A DNA stretch of 64,000 nucleotides from Pseudomonadota bacterium (lineage in GTDB: Bacteria > Pseudomonadota > Alphaproteobacteria > Geminicoccales > Geminicoccaceae). This document shows positions 53,414 through 61,979 of the stretch, one piece after another; position 1 is the first letter of the stretch, and the number at the start of each line of letters is the position of its first letter. The notes below the pieces were generated by a model. That model had not been told where the DNA came from. It did not search any database and worked only from the letters and a program-made list of their open reading frames with translations. The position numbers were made by a program, and so were the translations under genes. The stretch is taken from assembly GCA_039197065.1 (NCBI GenBank), contig JBCCUL010000014.1:36119-100118 (forward strand), in the 5' to 3' direction.

Positions 53414-54499
53414 TCACGCTGCCAATACGCGGGTAAGCGCCTTTTCCTTGAGGTCGTCCTTTACCGGATCGAAGACCGCGACCTCGCAGCGCTCAAGCGT
53501 TTCCTTGGAGGGGTAGATCGACGTGTTGTTGCGATCCTCTTCGGGGATGAACGCCATGGCCGCTTCGTTCGGGCAGGGATATTTGATCTCGGACGCGATC
53601 TCGCCGTGCACTTCGGCTTCCAGGATGTAGTTGACGAAAGCGTGAGCGCCTTCGGGATTCGGGCCATCCTTCGGGATGCACATGGTGTCTTCCCAGAGGA
53701 TGCTGCCCTCGCTCGGCACGACATAGGCGAGATCGTCATCCTCGTCCATCACCTGCAGGATGTCGCCGTTCCATTCCATGCAGACGTCGACCTCGCCTGC
53801 GATCAGGAGATCCTGGCCCGTATCGGGGGCAAACGCCTTGATGTTCGGCTTGGCCTTGATCAGCGCCTCGGCAGCGGCATCGATCTCGGCGGGATCGGAT
53901 GAATTGAGCGACAGGCCAAGATATTTGAGCGCCACCTCGATCACGTCGCTGTCGTTCAGGAGGGACATGCGGCCCGCATATTGGTCCGAAGCAAACATGT
54001 CCGCCCAGGAGGTCGGCGTCATGCCTTCGGTCGCTGATTTGCGATAGCCTATTCCGATCGTGCCCCAGAAATACGGGATCGAATATTTGCGGCCCGGATC
54101 GAATTCGGGATCGGTGAAGGCCGGATTGAGATTGCTCATATTCGGGAGCTGGCTGTGATCCAGCTCGATCAGCCGGTCGGCGGCGACCAGGCGCTCGACG
54201 AAGTCGTTGGACGGGAAGATCACGTCATAGCCGGGATTGCCCTCGCGCAGCTTGGCGAACAGCTCGTCATTGCTTGCAAACAGGTCGTAGCGTACGTCGG
54301 TGCCGGTTGCTTTCGTGAAGTTCGCGACGGTGTTCTCGCCGATATAGGTGTCCCAGTTATAGACATTGACCTGGTTCGTCTGAGCAAAGCTCATGCGACT
54401 TGCCGCCGGCAAGACCGTAGCGACGGCGACGGAGCCTTGGAGAAAACGGCGGCGGCTGGCGGTGAACGTGCGGGAGCGCAGCGTGCGGTGTCCTGGCAT
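53414..54499 (-). CDS. Polyamine-binding periplasmic protein (PotD/PotF/SpuD-like), Tat-type signal
   Basis: The ATG at 54499 (MPGHRTLRSRTFTASRRRFLQG...) follows GGAGG at 9 nt, so it is preferred over the track start at 54622. ...VNVYNWDTYIGENT... and ...YSIPYFWGTIGIGY... are PotD/F motifs. Confidence 0.85.
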   Translation of the reverse strand: MPGHRTLRSRTFTASRRRFLQGSVAVATVLPAASRMSFAQTNQVNVYNWDTYIGENTVANFTKATGTDVRYDLFASNDELFAKLREGNPGYDVIFPSNDFVERLVAADRLIELDHSQLPNMSNLNPAFTDPEFDPGRKYSIPYFWGTIGIGYRKSATEGMTPTSWADMFASDQYAGRMSLLNDSDVIEVALKYLGLSLNSSDPAEIDAAAEALIKAKPNIKAFAPDTGQDLLIAGEVDVCMEWNGDILQVMDEDDDLAYVVPSEGSILWEDTMCIPKDGPNPEGAHAFVNYILEAEVHGEIASEIKYPCPNEAAMAFIPEEDRNNTSIYPSKETLERCEVAVFDPVKDDLKEKALTRVLAA

Positions 54500-54639
54500 C
54501 TCGGGGAACCTCCGGGCAAAAGCTGACGCAGGCGGCATGGCGTCGCGTTCGTTGATCTTGTTGTGAAATATCTTGGACATGGCCGTGGCGATGTCAACGA
54601 CGAGACAGGCGGATCCGCGCAAAAGCGCAAGAGGTTCGC

Positions 54640-55998
54640 TCAGATATCGAGGTCGGCAGCGGTGCGATCGAAGGCGCGGCGGGCGCGTTTCGCGATTTCG
54701 CCGATTTCAGATTCGTCGATGATCAGCGGCGGGGACAGGACCATGATATCGCCGACGGCGCGCATCACCAAACCTTCGCTGATGCAGTGATTGCGGCAGG
54801 TGATGCCGACCGCCCGTCCCTCCGGAAAGCGCCGGCGCTCGGCCTTATCGGCCACCAGCTCGATCGCGCCGATCAGGCCGAGCGATCGCGTCTCGCCGAC
54901 CAGCGGATGGTCGTCGAGCGAGGCGAGGGCAGCGGCGAATGCCTGGCCGATCGGGCCGCTGCCGCGTTCATGGAGGCCCTCCTCTTCCATGATCCGAATG
55001 TTTGCCAGCGCCACCGCCGCAGCGACGGGATGACCGGAATAGGTGAAGCCATGGACCCATTCCTCACCGCTGGAGGCAAGGGCCTCGCCGACCCTTTCGC
55101 CGACCATCAGGGCCGAGATCGGCAGATAGCCCGACGACAGGCCTTTGGCCATGGTCATGATATCCGGCTTGATGCCGAAGCTGTCCGAGCCCCACCAGCG
55201 TCCGGTGCGTCCGAAGCCGCAGATCACCTCGTCAGCGATCAGCAGCACGTCGTGACGCCGGCAGATGGCTTCGATCCTTTGCCAATAGCCGTCCGGCGGA
55301 ATGATCACGCCGCCAGCCCCCTGGATCGGTTCGCCGATAAAGGCGCCGACATTCTCCGGGCCGAGCTGGACGATGCGCTCTTCCAAGGCGTCTGCCGCCT
55401 GGCGGCCGAGGGCCTCAGGCGTCAGGTCACCGCCATGGCCATACCAGTAGGGGGCTTCGATATGCTCGAAACCGGGAAGCGGCAGGTCGGCCTGCGGATG
55501 CATCGGGGAGAGACCTGAAAGGCTGGCGGCGCCGAGCGTGACGCCGTGATAGCCGAGCTTGCGGCTGATGATGGTTTTCTTTTCCGGTTTCCCCTGCATA
55601 TTCCAGAAATAACGGACCAGCTTCACTGCGGTGTCGTTCGCTTCCGAGCCGGAGTTCGCGAAAAAGACGCGGGAGAGATCGTGAGGCGCGATCGCCGCGA
55701 GCTTGGCGCTGAGCTCGACGGTAGGAGGCGTCGCACTCTGAAAGAAGGTGTTGTAATAGGGCAGCTCGCTCATCTGAGCATGCGCCGCCTCGATCAGCTC
55801 GGTGCGCCCATAGCCGACATTGACGCACCACAAGCCGGCCATGCCATCCAGGATCCGATTGCCGTCGCTATCGTTGAGCCAGCAGCCTTCGGCCGATGTG
55901 ATGATCCTGCTGCCGACCGCCGTAAGCGCCTTGTGGTCGGTGAACGGGTGGAGATGGTGACGGCTGTCCAGCTCTTGCCATCTTGCGGTATCGTTCAT
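54640..55998 (-). CDS. Class III (omega) aminotransferase, putrescine/beta-alanine-pyruvate type (SpuC-like)
   Basis: ...ANSGSEANDTAVKL..., ...LLIADEVICGFGRTG... and ...DIMTMAKGLSSGYLP (the PLP lysine) are present. Confidence 0.9.
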   Translation of the reverse strand: MNDTARWQELDSRHHLHPFTDHKALTAVGSRIITSAEGCWLNDSDGNRILDGMAGLWCVNVGYGRTELIEAAHAQMSELPYYNTFFQSATPPTVELSAKLAAIAPHDLSRVFFANSGSEANDTAVKLVRYFWNMQGKPEKKTIISRKLGYHGVTLGAASLSGLSPMHPQADLPLPGFEHIEAPYWYGHGGDLTPEALGRQAADALEERIVQLGPENVGAFIGEPIQGAGGVIIPPDGYWQRIEAICRRHDVLLIADEVICGFGRTGRWWGSDSFGIKPDIMTMAKGLSSGYLPISALMVGERVGEALASSGEEWVHGFTYSGHPVAAAVALANIRIMEEEGLHERGSGPIGQAFAAALASLDDHPLVGETRSLGLIGAIELVADKAERRRFPEGRAVGITCRNHCISEGLVMRAVGDIMVLSPPLIIDESEIGEIAKRARRAFDRTAADLDI

Positions 55999-56047
55999 AG
56001 GGCCAGCATCCCGGTATCGAAACGACCGAACCCGACAAGCTTTGCCG

Positions 56048-57451
56048 TCAGGCCACGCGCAATCTTCGCACGCGGATGATGCCTTCCGCCAGTGTCAAAC
56101 CGAGAACGATGCCGAAGCCGTCGACCCAGAGATCCCTGAGGCTGGGATCCCGATCGAAGGTGAAGAGCTGCAGCACTTCGCTTGCGATCGCGATCAGGAG
56201 CCAGGCGCCGACATGAATCGGGAGCGGATCGGAGGGGCGGCCGAGGCGCACCAGAAAGGCGAGCACCGTGAACATGATGCTGTGCCCTAAAGTATCGATG
56301 GTGCCGTTGTCGATCCCAAGCCAGTTGTTGAGGCTGGTCGCGGCCATCTGATGGATGCTGCCCGGCAGCATGAGCGCAATCACGGAGAGCGCGCAGACGA
56401 CGCCGAGCGAGATCTTGATGCCGGATGAATTTATGCCGCCGAACGTCTTGATGCCGGTGTAGATAACCACGACGCTCCAAGCGACCAGCAGGGCGCCGAG
56501 AGCTGCCATAAACGTCGTTCTGTATTCGACCACCGTCAGCTCAAGCTCGGTGACCGTCAAACGGCCGGTCGCATTTTTCATCTCGATGCCGAGCTGAGCG
56601 CTGTCGAATTCGGCCGGGATCGTGAAGGCGCGTCTGTAGTTTCTGACCTTCGTCGTGCCGTTCATGTTGAAGAGATTGTGCTCTTCGCTCCAGTCGGGCT
56701 TGCCGGCCGAGTCCAGCCTGACGAAGTAGATGCGCGCGCTGTCCCAGATTTCAGGACCCGTCACGACCTCCTCGCCCTGCACCTGGGCGCGGAGAACCAC
56801 CATGGTCTTGTCTGCGGGGAGCGCGAAGTCGCGCCGAAGATAGGTTTGCTGATCCGCGCTCAGGCTCTCCATGACGATCGTGCCCGGATCATCCGTATCA
56901 TGGGAAACCAGGCCCGCTTGTGTCCATTCGCCGAGGCCGGCCTCGAAAGCCGGATCCGCGATCAGCGGATCGCCCTGGACGTCATAGCGCGGCATGAAGA
57001 GAAAGGTCGCTGCGGTAAGGGCAACCAGAACAACGCTCAGAACGGCGAGGAGGCCCAGCCGTAGCCACCCGGCATTGGCGGCGGGGCGCCGGCGCCGGCG
57101 GGCGCGCGGCCGGCGCTCCGGCTGACCTTCATCCACGGTAAGCGGGGCGGCGATGCTGAGCTCGGCTTCCGACGTCTTGTCATCGGTCTTGGCCTTGGCC
57201 TTGGCGCTGTCACGTTTCCGCCGTTTCGGCCCGACCACTTCGCCTTCGCCGGCAGGTTGTCCTTTCGAGCTTTTGTCAGGTCCTGGCCTTCGATCCTTGT
57301 CGCCGACGAAGTGACCGAGCTCGAGTTCGTTGGCGGACATGTCGATTTTTTTGGGCTCATCGACTTTCCGCTTCCTGCCGATCGATTCGTCGCGCGGCGG
57401 CTGCGCTTTGCGCCGCCTGCGCATCGATCCGGTTTCAATCACGTCAGACAT
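56048..57451 (-). CDS. Uncharacterised membrane protein: basic disordered N-terminus, TM helix, periplasmic beta-rich domain, C-terminal VanZ-like 4-TM domain
   Basis: Residues 1-130 are K/R/P-rich (RRRRKAQPP..., KRRKRDSAKAKAK, RPRARRRRRP). A TM helix follows (LRLGLLAVLSVVLVALTAATFLF). A domain of about 170 aa starts ADPAFEAGLGEWTQAG, which is carbohydrate-binding-module-like. The C-terminal GHSIMFTVLAFLV...SEVLQLFTFDRDPSLRDLWVDGFGIVLG is the VanZ pattern. Confidence 0.55.
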   Translation of the reverse strand: MSDVIETGSMRRRRKAQPPRDESIGRKRKVDEPKKIDMSANELELGHFVGDKDRRPGPDKSSKGQPAGEGEVVGPKRRKRDSAKAKAKTDDKTSEAELSIAAPLTVDEGQPERRPRARRRRRPAANAGWLRLGLLAVLSVVLVALTAATFLFMPRYDVQGDPLIADPAFEAGLGEWTQAGLVSHDTDDPGTIVMESLSADQQTYLRRDFALPADKTMVVLRAQVQGEEVVTGPEIWDSARIYFVRLDSAGKPDWSEEHNLFNMNGTTKVRNYRRAFTIPAEFDSAQLGIEMKNATGRLTVTELELTVVEYRTTFMAALGALLVAWSVVVIYTGIKTFGGINSSGIKISLGVVCALSVIALMLPGSIHQMAATSLNNWLGIDNGTIDTLGHSIMFTVLAFLVRLGRPSDPLPIHVGAWLLIAIASEVLQLFTFDRDPSLRDLWVDGFGIVLGLTLAEGIIRVRRLRVA

Positions 57452-58793
57452 TGAGCAGCAGATGCTCCCGTTCCCAGGAGCTGATCACCTGCTGATAGGC
57501 GCGGTGCTCGATCTCCTTGACCATGATAAGCGCGTCGACGAAGGACTCGCCAAGGAGGGCTCTGAGCGGCTTTGCCCGGCGGAGCGCATCGAGGGCATCC
57601 GGCAGATAGCGGGGCAGGGTCTGCGCCAGGCGGTAGGCGCTGCCCTCGATCGGCTTGGTCGGCGAGAGGCGGCTGGCCATGCCGAGATAGCCGCAGCCCA
57701 GCGAGGCGGCGATCGCCAGATACGGATTGGCGTCGGCCCCTGCCACCCGGTTTTCCACCCGGCGCGCTTCGCGGCCACTGTCAGGCACTCGCAATCCCAC
57801 CGTTCTGTTCTCCCATCCCCAATGGAGATTGATCGGCGCGTCCGAATAGCGTCTGAGGCGCCGGTAAGAATTGACATTCGGCGCGAGCAGCGGCATAGCC
57901 GCCGGCAGATACTTTTGCAGACCTCCAATATGATTGGTGAACAGCTTTGTGTAGTCGCCATTCCTTTTGGCGAAAATATTCTGCTCGGATTTCGCATCGA
58001 CCACGCTCTGATGGACATGCATGGCGCTGCCCGGCTGGTTGTCCATGGGCTTGGCCATGAAGGTCGCGTACATCTGGTGCTTGAGCGCTGCCTTGCGGAT
58101 GGTCCGCTTGAACAGAAAGACCTGATCGGCAAGCGCCAGCGGATCGCCGTGATGGAAGTTCATCTCCATCTGGGCCGCACCACCCTCATGGATAAGCGTG
58201 TCGACATCCAGCTCTTGGGCTTCGCACCAGTCATAGGCGTCGTCGAACACCGGATCGAACTCGTTGATCGCTTCGATCCCGTAGCTCTGTGATCCGGCTT
58301 CGGGGCGCTGCGACTGGCCGATCGGTGGCTCCAGCGGATAGTCTGGATCCTCGTTGATCTTGGTGAGGAAGAACTCCAGCTCCGGAGCGACCACCGGCCG
58401 CCAGCCACGCTCCGCATAAGCCTGCAGCACGCGTCGGAGCACTTGCCGCGGCGTTATCTCCACCACCCTGCCGTCATGGTGGTAGCAATCGCAGATCACT
58501 TGCGCCGTCGGTTCATCATACCAGGGGACCAAGCGCAGGGTTGCCGGGTCGGGCCGCATGCGCACGTCGCGCATCGCAGGATCGGTCACCCGGTTTTCCT
58601 GATCCTCGGGGTAACCGCCATTGACGGTCTGAACGAAGAGTTCTTCGGGGATGCGCAGGCTGTCATCCGTGAGTGAACGGATAAACTTCGCCGCCGGCAG
58701 GATCTTGCCGCGCGCGATGCCGTTCTGGTCGGCGACGAGGCATTCGACCTCGGTGATGCGGTGATCCTGAAGCCAGGACTCGATCTCAGTCAC
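57444..58793 (-). CDS. puuA: Gamma-glutamylpolyamine synthetase (glutamine synthetase family, PuuA/SpuB-like)
   Basis: TEIESWLQDHRITEVECLVADQNGIARGKILPA..., APELEFFL and ...GSAMHVHQSV... are present. The start is uncertain. The GTG at 58793 avoids overlap with puuD. The ATGs at 58847, 58904 and 58955 overlap it by 41-149 nt and lack an SD. Confidence 0.85.
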   Translation of the reverse strand: MTEIESWLQDHRITEVECLVADQNGIARGKILPAAKFIRSLTDDSLRIPEELFVQTVNGGYPEDQENRVTDPAMRDVRMRPDPATLRLVPWYDEPTAQVICDCYHHDGRVVEITPRQVLRRVLQAYAERGWRPVVAPELEFFLTKINEDPDYPLEPPIGQSQRPEAGSQSYGIEAINEFDPVFDDAYDWCEAQELDVDTLIHEGGAAQMEMNFHHGDPLALADQVFLFKRTIRKAALKHQMYATFMAKPMDNQPGSAMHVHQSVVDAKSEQNIFAKRNGDYTKLFTNHIGGLQKYLPAAMPLLAPNVNSYRRLRRYSDAPINLHWGWENRTVGLRVPDSGREARRVENRVAGADANPYLAIAASLGCGYLGMASRLSPTKPIEGSAYRLAQTLPRYLPDALDALRRAKPLRALLGESFVDALIMVKEIEHRAYQQVISSWEREHLLLNV

Positions 58794-58806
58794 GGGCGGC
58801 CAAACT

Positions 58807-59610
58807 TTAAGATGCGCGGCGTGCGGGCGCGGACTTGTCCCGGGCATGGGCACGGCAGGCGTCGCCGAAGGCGGTGAACAGTCTCTTGGAGTAGGGATCG
58901 TCATGAACCCGCCACTCCGGATGCCACTGAATGCCAAGCACGAAGCCCGGCGCATCGCGCACGCTTATGGCTTCGATCGTGCCGTCAGTGGCCGTGGCCT
59001 CGACCACGACCCTGTCGCCGGGCCGATCGATCGCCTGACCGTGGAGGGTATTGACCTCGAATGCGTCGACGCCGCCCAGGACCTCCTGCAGAAAACCGCC
59101 CTTCTTCAACGCCACGGCATGGGCAAGCTCGTCGAAGCGCTCGGCAATCGGCTTGCTCTTGTCGGAGCGGTGATCCATCCGCCCCGGGACCTCGTGGACA
59201 TGCTGATGAAGCGTGCCGCCAAGCGCCACATTGAGCTCCTGAATGCCCCGGCAAATCGCAAGCGTGGGCACGGCGCGCTCGACAGCGCGGCGGAGAAGCG
59301 GCAGCATCGTGGCGTCGCGCGCCGGATCGCGTTCGCTGTCCCTTCGCGCTTCTCCACCGTCATAGTGAACGGGGTCGACGTTCGACGGGCTGCCGGTGAT
59401 CAAGAGACCATCGAGCGCATCCAGCCACTGATCCAGGGCCTGGTCATCGAGCCGTTCGCCGATCGCCGGCAGCAGCATGGGAAGGCCGCCGGCGCCATCG
59501 ATGACGCTTTTGATGTAGCTCTCGCTGACTTTGTGGATTGGCAGACCATGTGCGCCGAGAATGCGGCAGGCCGGAACGCCGATGAGCGGGAATTTGGACT
59601 GAGTGGACAT
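58807..59610 (-). CDS. puuD: Gamma-glutamyl-GABA hydrolase (class I amidotransferase / peptidase C26, PuuD/SpuA-like)
   Basis: ...LLITGSPSNVDP..., the nucleophile motif LAICRGIQELNVALGG, and ...GIQWHPEW. Confidence 0.85.
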   Translation of the reverse strand: MSTQSKFPLIGVPACRILGAHGLPIHKVSESYIKSVIDGAGGLPMLLPAIGERLDDQALDQWLDALDGLLITGSPSNVDPVHYDGGEARRDSERDPARDATMLPLLRRAVERAVPTLAICRGIQELNVALGGTLHQHVHEVPGRMDHRSDKSKPIAERFDELAHAVALKKGGFLQEVLGGVDAFEVNTLHGQAIDRPGDRVVVEATATDGTIEAISVRDAPGFVLGIQWHPEWRVHDDPYSKRLFTAFGDACRAHARDKSAPARRAS

Positions 59611-59767
59611 ACAACATCTCTAGCGGACGGAGCCAGGGGCGACAAGCATGCTCGCCAGAGGAGAACGGCGGGTTTTTTGTCAAGATTGAGGCGTGGTTTC
59701 TTATCAAAATCAACGAGTTGTGCTAAGCATCCGGTCTTCAAGCAATCAACGGAGGAGATGGGCGAGG

Positions 59768-60337
59768 ATGAAACGATCCTTTCGGGGCCTTCGAACCGCG
59801 CTGCTGATCGCGACATGTGTCGTTGTGGCAGGCTGCACCAAACCGACCTATTACCGCCCTGCCTCCAACGGCTTCGGCTATGCCGAACGGCAGCTTGCCG
59901 AGGGCCGTTATCAGGTCGTTTTCGCCGGCAATCACAAGACGCGGCGAGAACAGGCCCATCAATATGTGCTGTTTCGCGCGGCCGAGCTCGCCGATCAGGA
60001 AGGTTATCGCTACGTCGCCGTGAACGATCAGAGCCAGCGGATCGAACGCTTCGGCGATCTGTTTTCCCGGCCGATCCAGAGGGTCGATCTGGGCCTGGAG
60101 GATGGCGGTGGACCGGCTGGTCTAGGCAGGCGCAATGATGAAGATCGCGTTCGATCGACTGTCGAGCGCTATCAGGCCATCCTGGACGTGTCGTTCTACA
60201 AGGACGAGGAAAGCGTCCCGGCTGAAGCGCGCGAGGTCTACACGACGGACCAGGTGCTGGAGGAGGTCGGCGGTTCGATCGAATTCGAGTCTGGGCCGCC
60301 AGCAGACAACTATCTGGGAAGGCTGATCGGCGGTTAA
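59768..60337 (+). CDS. Lipoprotein of the family I recall as 'CC0125/CC1285 family lipoprotein'
   Basis: MKRSFRGLRTALLIATCVVVAGC carries a lipobox. GYAERQLAEGRYQVVFAGNHKTRREQAHQYVLFRAAELADQEGYRYV matches the GY.E.....RY.V.F.GN..T.R..V..Y.LYRAAELT...GYD.F pattern. Confidence 0.6.
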   Translation: MKRSFRGLRTALLIATCVVVAGCTKPTYYRPASNGFGYAERQLAEGRYQVVFAGNHKTRREQAHQYVLFRAAELADQEGYRYVAVNDQSQRIERFGDLFSRPIQRVDLGLEDGGGPAGLGRRNDEDRVRSTVERYQAILDVSFYKDEESVPAEAREVYTTDQVLEEVGGSIEFESGPPADNYLGRLIGG

Positions 60338-60426
60338 ATCGCCTAAGCCTGTGGGCTGTTTCACTGACGTTTCGGCCGCATCCAGATAGGTCTGGAGGCA
60401 TGTGATGAACCGATCAGGATATCGAC

Positions 60427-61209
60427 ATGCCTATGACCAAAGCGAGCCGGGGGCGGCTGACCGCCTTGACGCTGGCCGTCAGCCTCGGACTTTCGTCGAC
60501 TGCAGTCCGCGCCGGTATTGAGAACCCGGAAACTGGCGAGCAGTGCTGGGGCCAGGACTGCTCGGATATCAATGATAGCAGCGGGGCGTCGACGTCACCT
60601 GGCGGTGGCGGCGGTGGCTACGTCACCTTGCCGAATGTCACGACCTATGACTGCACCAGCGATAGGACGGAAATGATCGATCAGTCCGTTCGCTGGCTGC
60701 AGAACAATCTGAATCTGGTCGATGCGCAGATGGGTCGTAACGGCCTGATGGACTGGCCGGGCAACAGCGAAGAGAACTTCGAAGAAAAGCTTTATAAAGA
60801 TCTGAAAATCTACTGCATCAACGACAAGAACAAATGCCAGAACAGGGTGGGTCTGCTTGGCATCGTCCATCCGGTCGTTGCGCAAAAGCGCGTGAACCTC
60901 TGCGGGCAAAATATTGAGGCCAACGCCGCCATCCTGGGTATCGACCAGCAGTCTCTCTATGTGTCGACGGTCGCGCATGAGATCGGGCATCTGGTGCGGG
61001 TCAACGGCCATCGAAACGGCTGTGCAGACAGGTTTCGGCGTCCGCGTTTTTCCCAGGCCGTGGGTCTGGCCGCTGAGGCCGCTCATCGCGGGATCGACTA
61101 TGACGCCGATGACTGGTTCGTCACCGGCTGTCCGACGGGAACGGCGTCAAGCGGTGCTGGCGGCTTCGACGTCATCGACAACAAGCTGCAAGCACCGCCG
61201 ATCCAGTAA
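60427..61209 (+). CDS. Secreted Cys-rich protein with an HExxH zinc-metallopeptidase motif (aspzincin/M35-like context)
   Basis: The signal peptide is RLTALTLAVSLGLSSTAVRAG, followed by a Gly tract (SPGGGGGGY). ...LKIYCINDKNKCQNRVGLLGIVHP...VNLCGQNI...LYVSTVAHEIGHLVRVNGH has the HEIGH motif in a C..C...lC...HExxH layout. GC is lower than in the neighbouring genes. Confidence 0.55.
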   Translation: MPMTKASRGRLTALTLAVSLGLSSTAVRAGIENPETGEQCWGQDCSDINDSSGASTSPGGGGGGYVTLPNVTTYDCTSDRTEMIDQSVRWLQNNLNLVDAQMGRNGLMDWPGNSEENFEEKLYKDLKIYCINDKNKCQNRVGLLGIVHPVVAQKRVNLCGQNIEANAAILGIDQQSLYVSTVAHEIGHLVRVNGHRNGCADRFRRPRFSQAVGLAAEAAHRGIDYDADDWFVTGCPTGTASSGAGGFDVIDNKLQAPPIQ

Positions 61210-61224
61210 CAGTCTGCAAACGAA

Positions 61225-61253
61225 ATGCCGGGCCGACAAAGCCGGCCCGGCAT
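61225..61253. terminator. Bidirectional terminator hairpin between the HExxH gene and hsp20
   Basis: ATGCCGGGCCG-acaaagc-CGGCCCGGCAT (11-bp stem), followed by CGTTTC on the plus strand and TTTCGTTTGC on the minus strand. Confidence 0.6.
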
Positions 61254-61311
61254 CGTTTCACGTCAAGCTACACCGCTAAGTCAACGGTCCAGCGCGTCGC
61301 TGGCGCTGCGC

Positions 61312-61782
61312 TTAGGCAGCGGCTTTGGTCTTCTTGTCCTCGATCACCTTCGCCTTGGCGCCGGAACCGATCGCGATCTGCTGCGGCTTCATGCGCTCAG
61401 GCAGCTCGCGGACCAGATTGATGTCGAGAAGACCGTTATTGAGGTCGGCCCCATTCACCCGCACGTAGTCGGCAAGCTGGAAGCGATGCTCGAAGGCGCG
61501 CTTGGCGATGCCGCGATGCAGATATTGGGTGTCCTTGTCGGTCTCCGCACCCTTGCCGCGCACGGTCAGGAGGTTCTCCTTGGAGATGATCTCGAGATCA
61601 TCCTCGCCGAAACCGGCCACTGCGAGCGTGATGCGATAGGTGTCATCACCGGTCTTCGCGATGTTATAAGGCGGATAGGAGTTTTCCTGCGAAGCATTCC
61701 TGAAGGCGGTCTCAAACAACTCGTCGAGACGATCAAAACCGACGGAATGACGGAAAAGGGGAGACAAGTCGAAACTACGCAT
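61312..61782 (-). CDS. Small heat-shock protein (Hsp20/alpha-crystallin, IbpA-like)
   Basis: MRSFDLSPLFRHSVGFDRLDELFE...YPPYNIAKTGDDTYRITLAVAGFGEDDLEI...LTVRGKG is the IbpA/HspA pattern. The GGAGGA SD (61795-61790) lies 7 nt before the ATG at 61782. The track start at 61797 overlaps that SD. Confidence 0.9.
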   Translation of the reverse strand: MRSFDLSPLFRHSVGFDRLDELFETAFRNASQENSYPPYNIAKTGDDTYRITLAVAGFGEDDLEIISKENLLTVRGKGAETDKDTQYLHRGIAKRAFEHRFQLADYVRVNGADLNNGLLDINLVRELPERMKPQQIAIGSGAKAKVIEDKKTKAAA

Positions 61783-61979
61783 GGTCATATCCTCCATTGA
61801 GCGATTTGACTGTTGCCCGTCTTCAAGACCGGGCGTTAACCATTTGCCAGACCCATTTTGGCGCCTGACGGACTGTCATTTGGTAAGTCAAAAGGCCTTT
61901 TCAAGATATCATGCAAATTTTTTTGGCACTCTCGCCGATACTTTGCCAAAACCCCGACCAGCACCCTATATAGAGGGCC

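Noticed and set aside
58794-58955. N-terminal 54 residues of the 503-aa PuuA-like ORF
   Set aside because: This part overlaps the 3' end of puuD by up to 149 nt, is Pro/Ser/Arg-rich, and none of its ATGs has an SD. Homologues, as I recall them, start near MTEIESWL. The GTG at 58793 is therefore preferred, though it is not proven.
59400-60401. 333-aa minus-strand ORF antisense to the CC0125-like lipoprotein gene
   Set aside because: Extremely Arg/Pro/Ser-rich shadow ORF. The plus-strand lipoprotein has a lipobox and family motifs.
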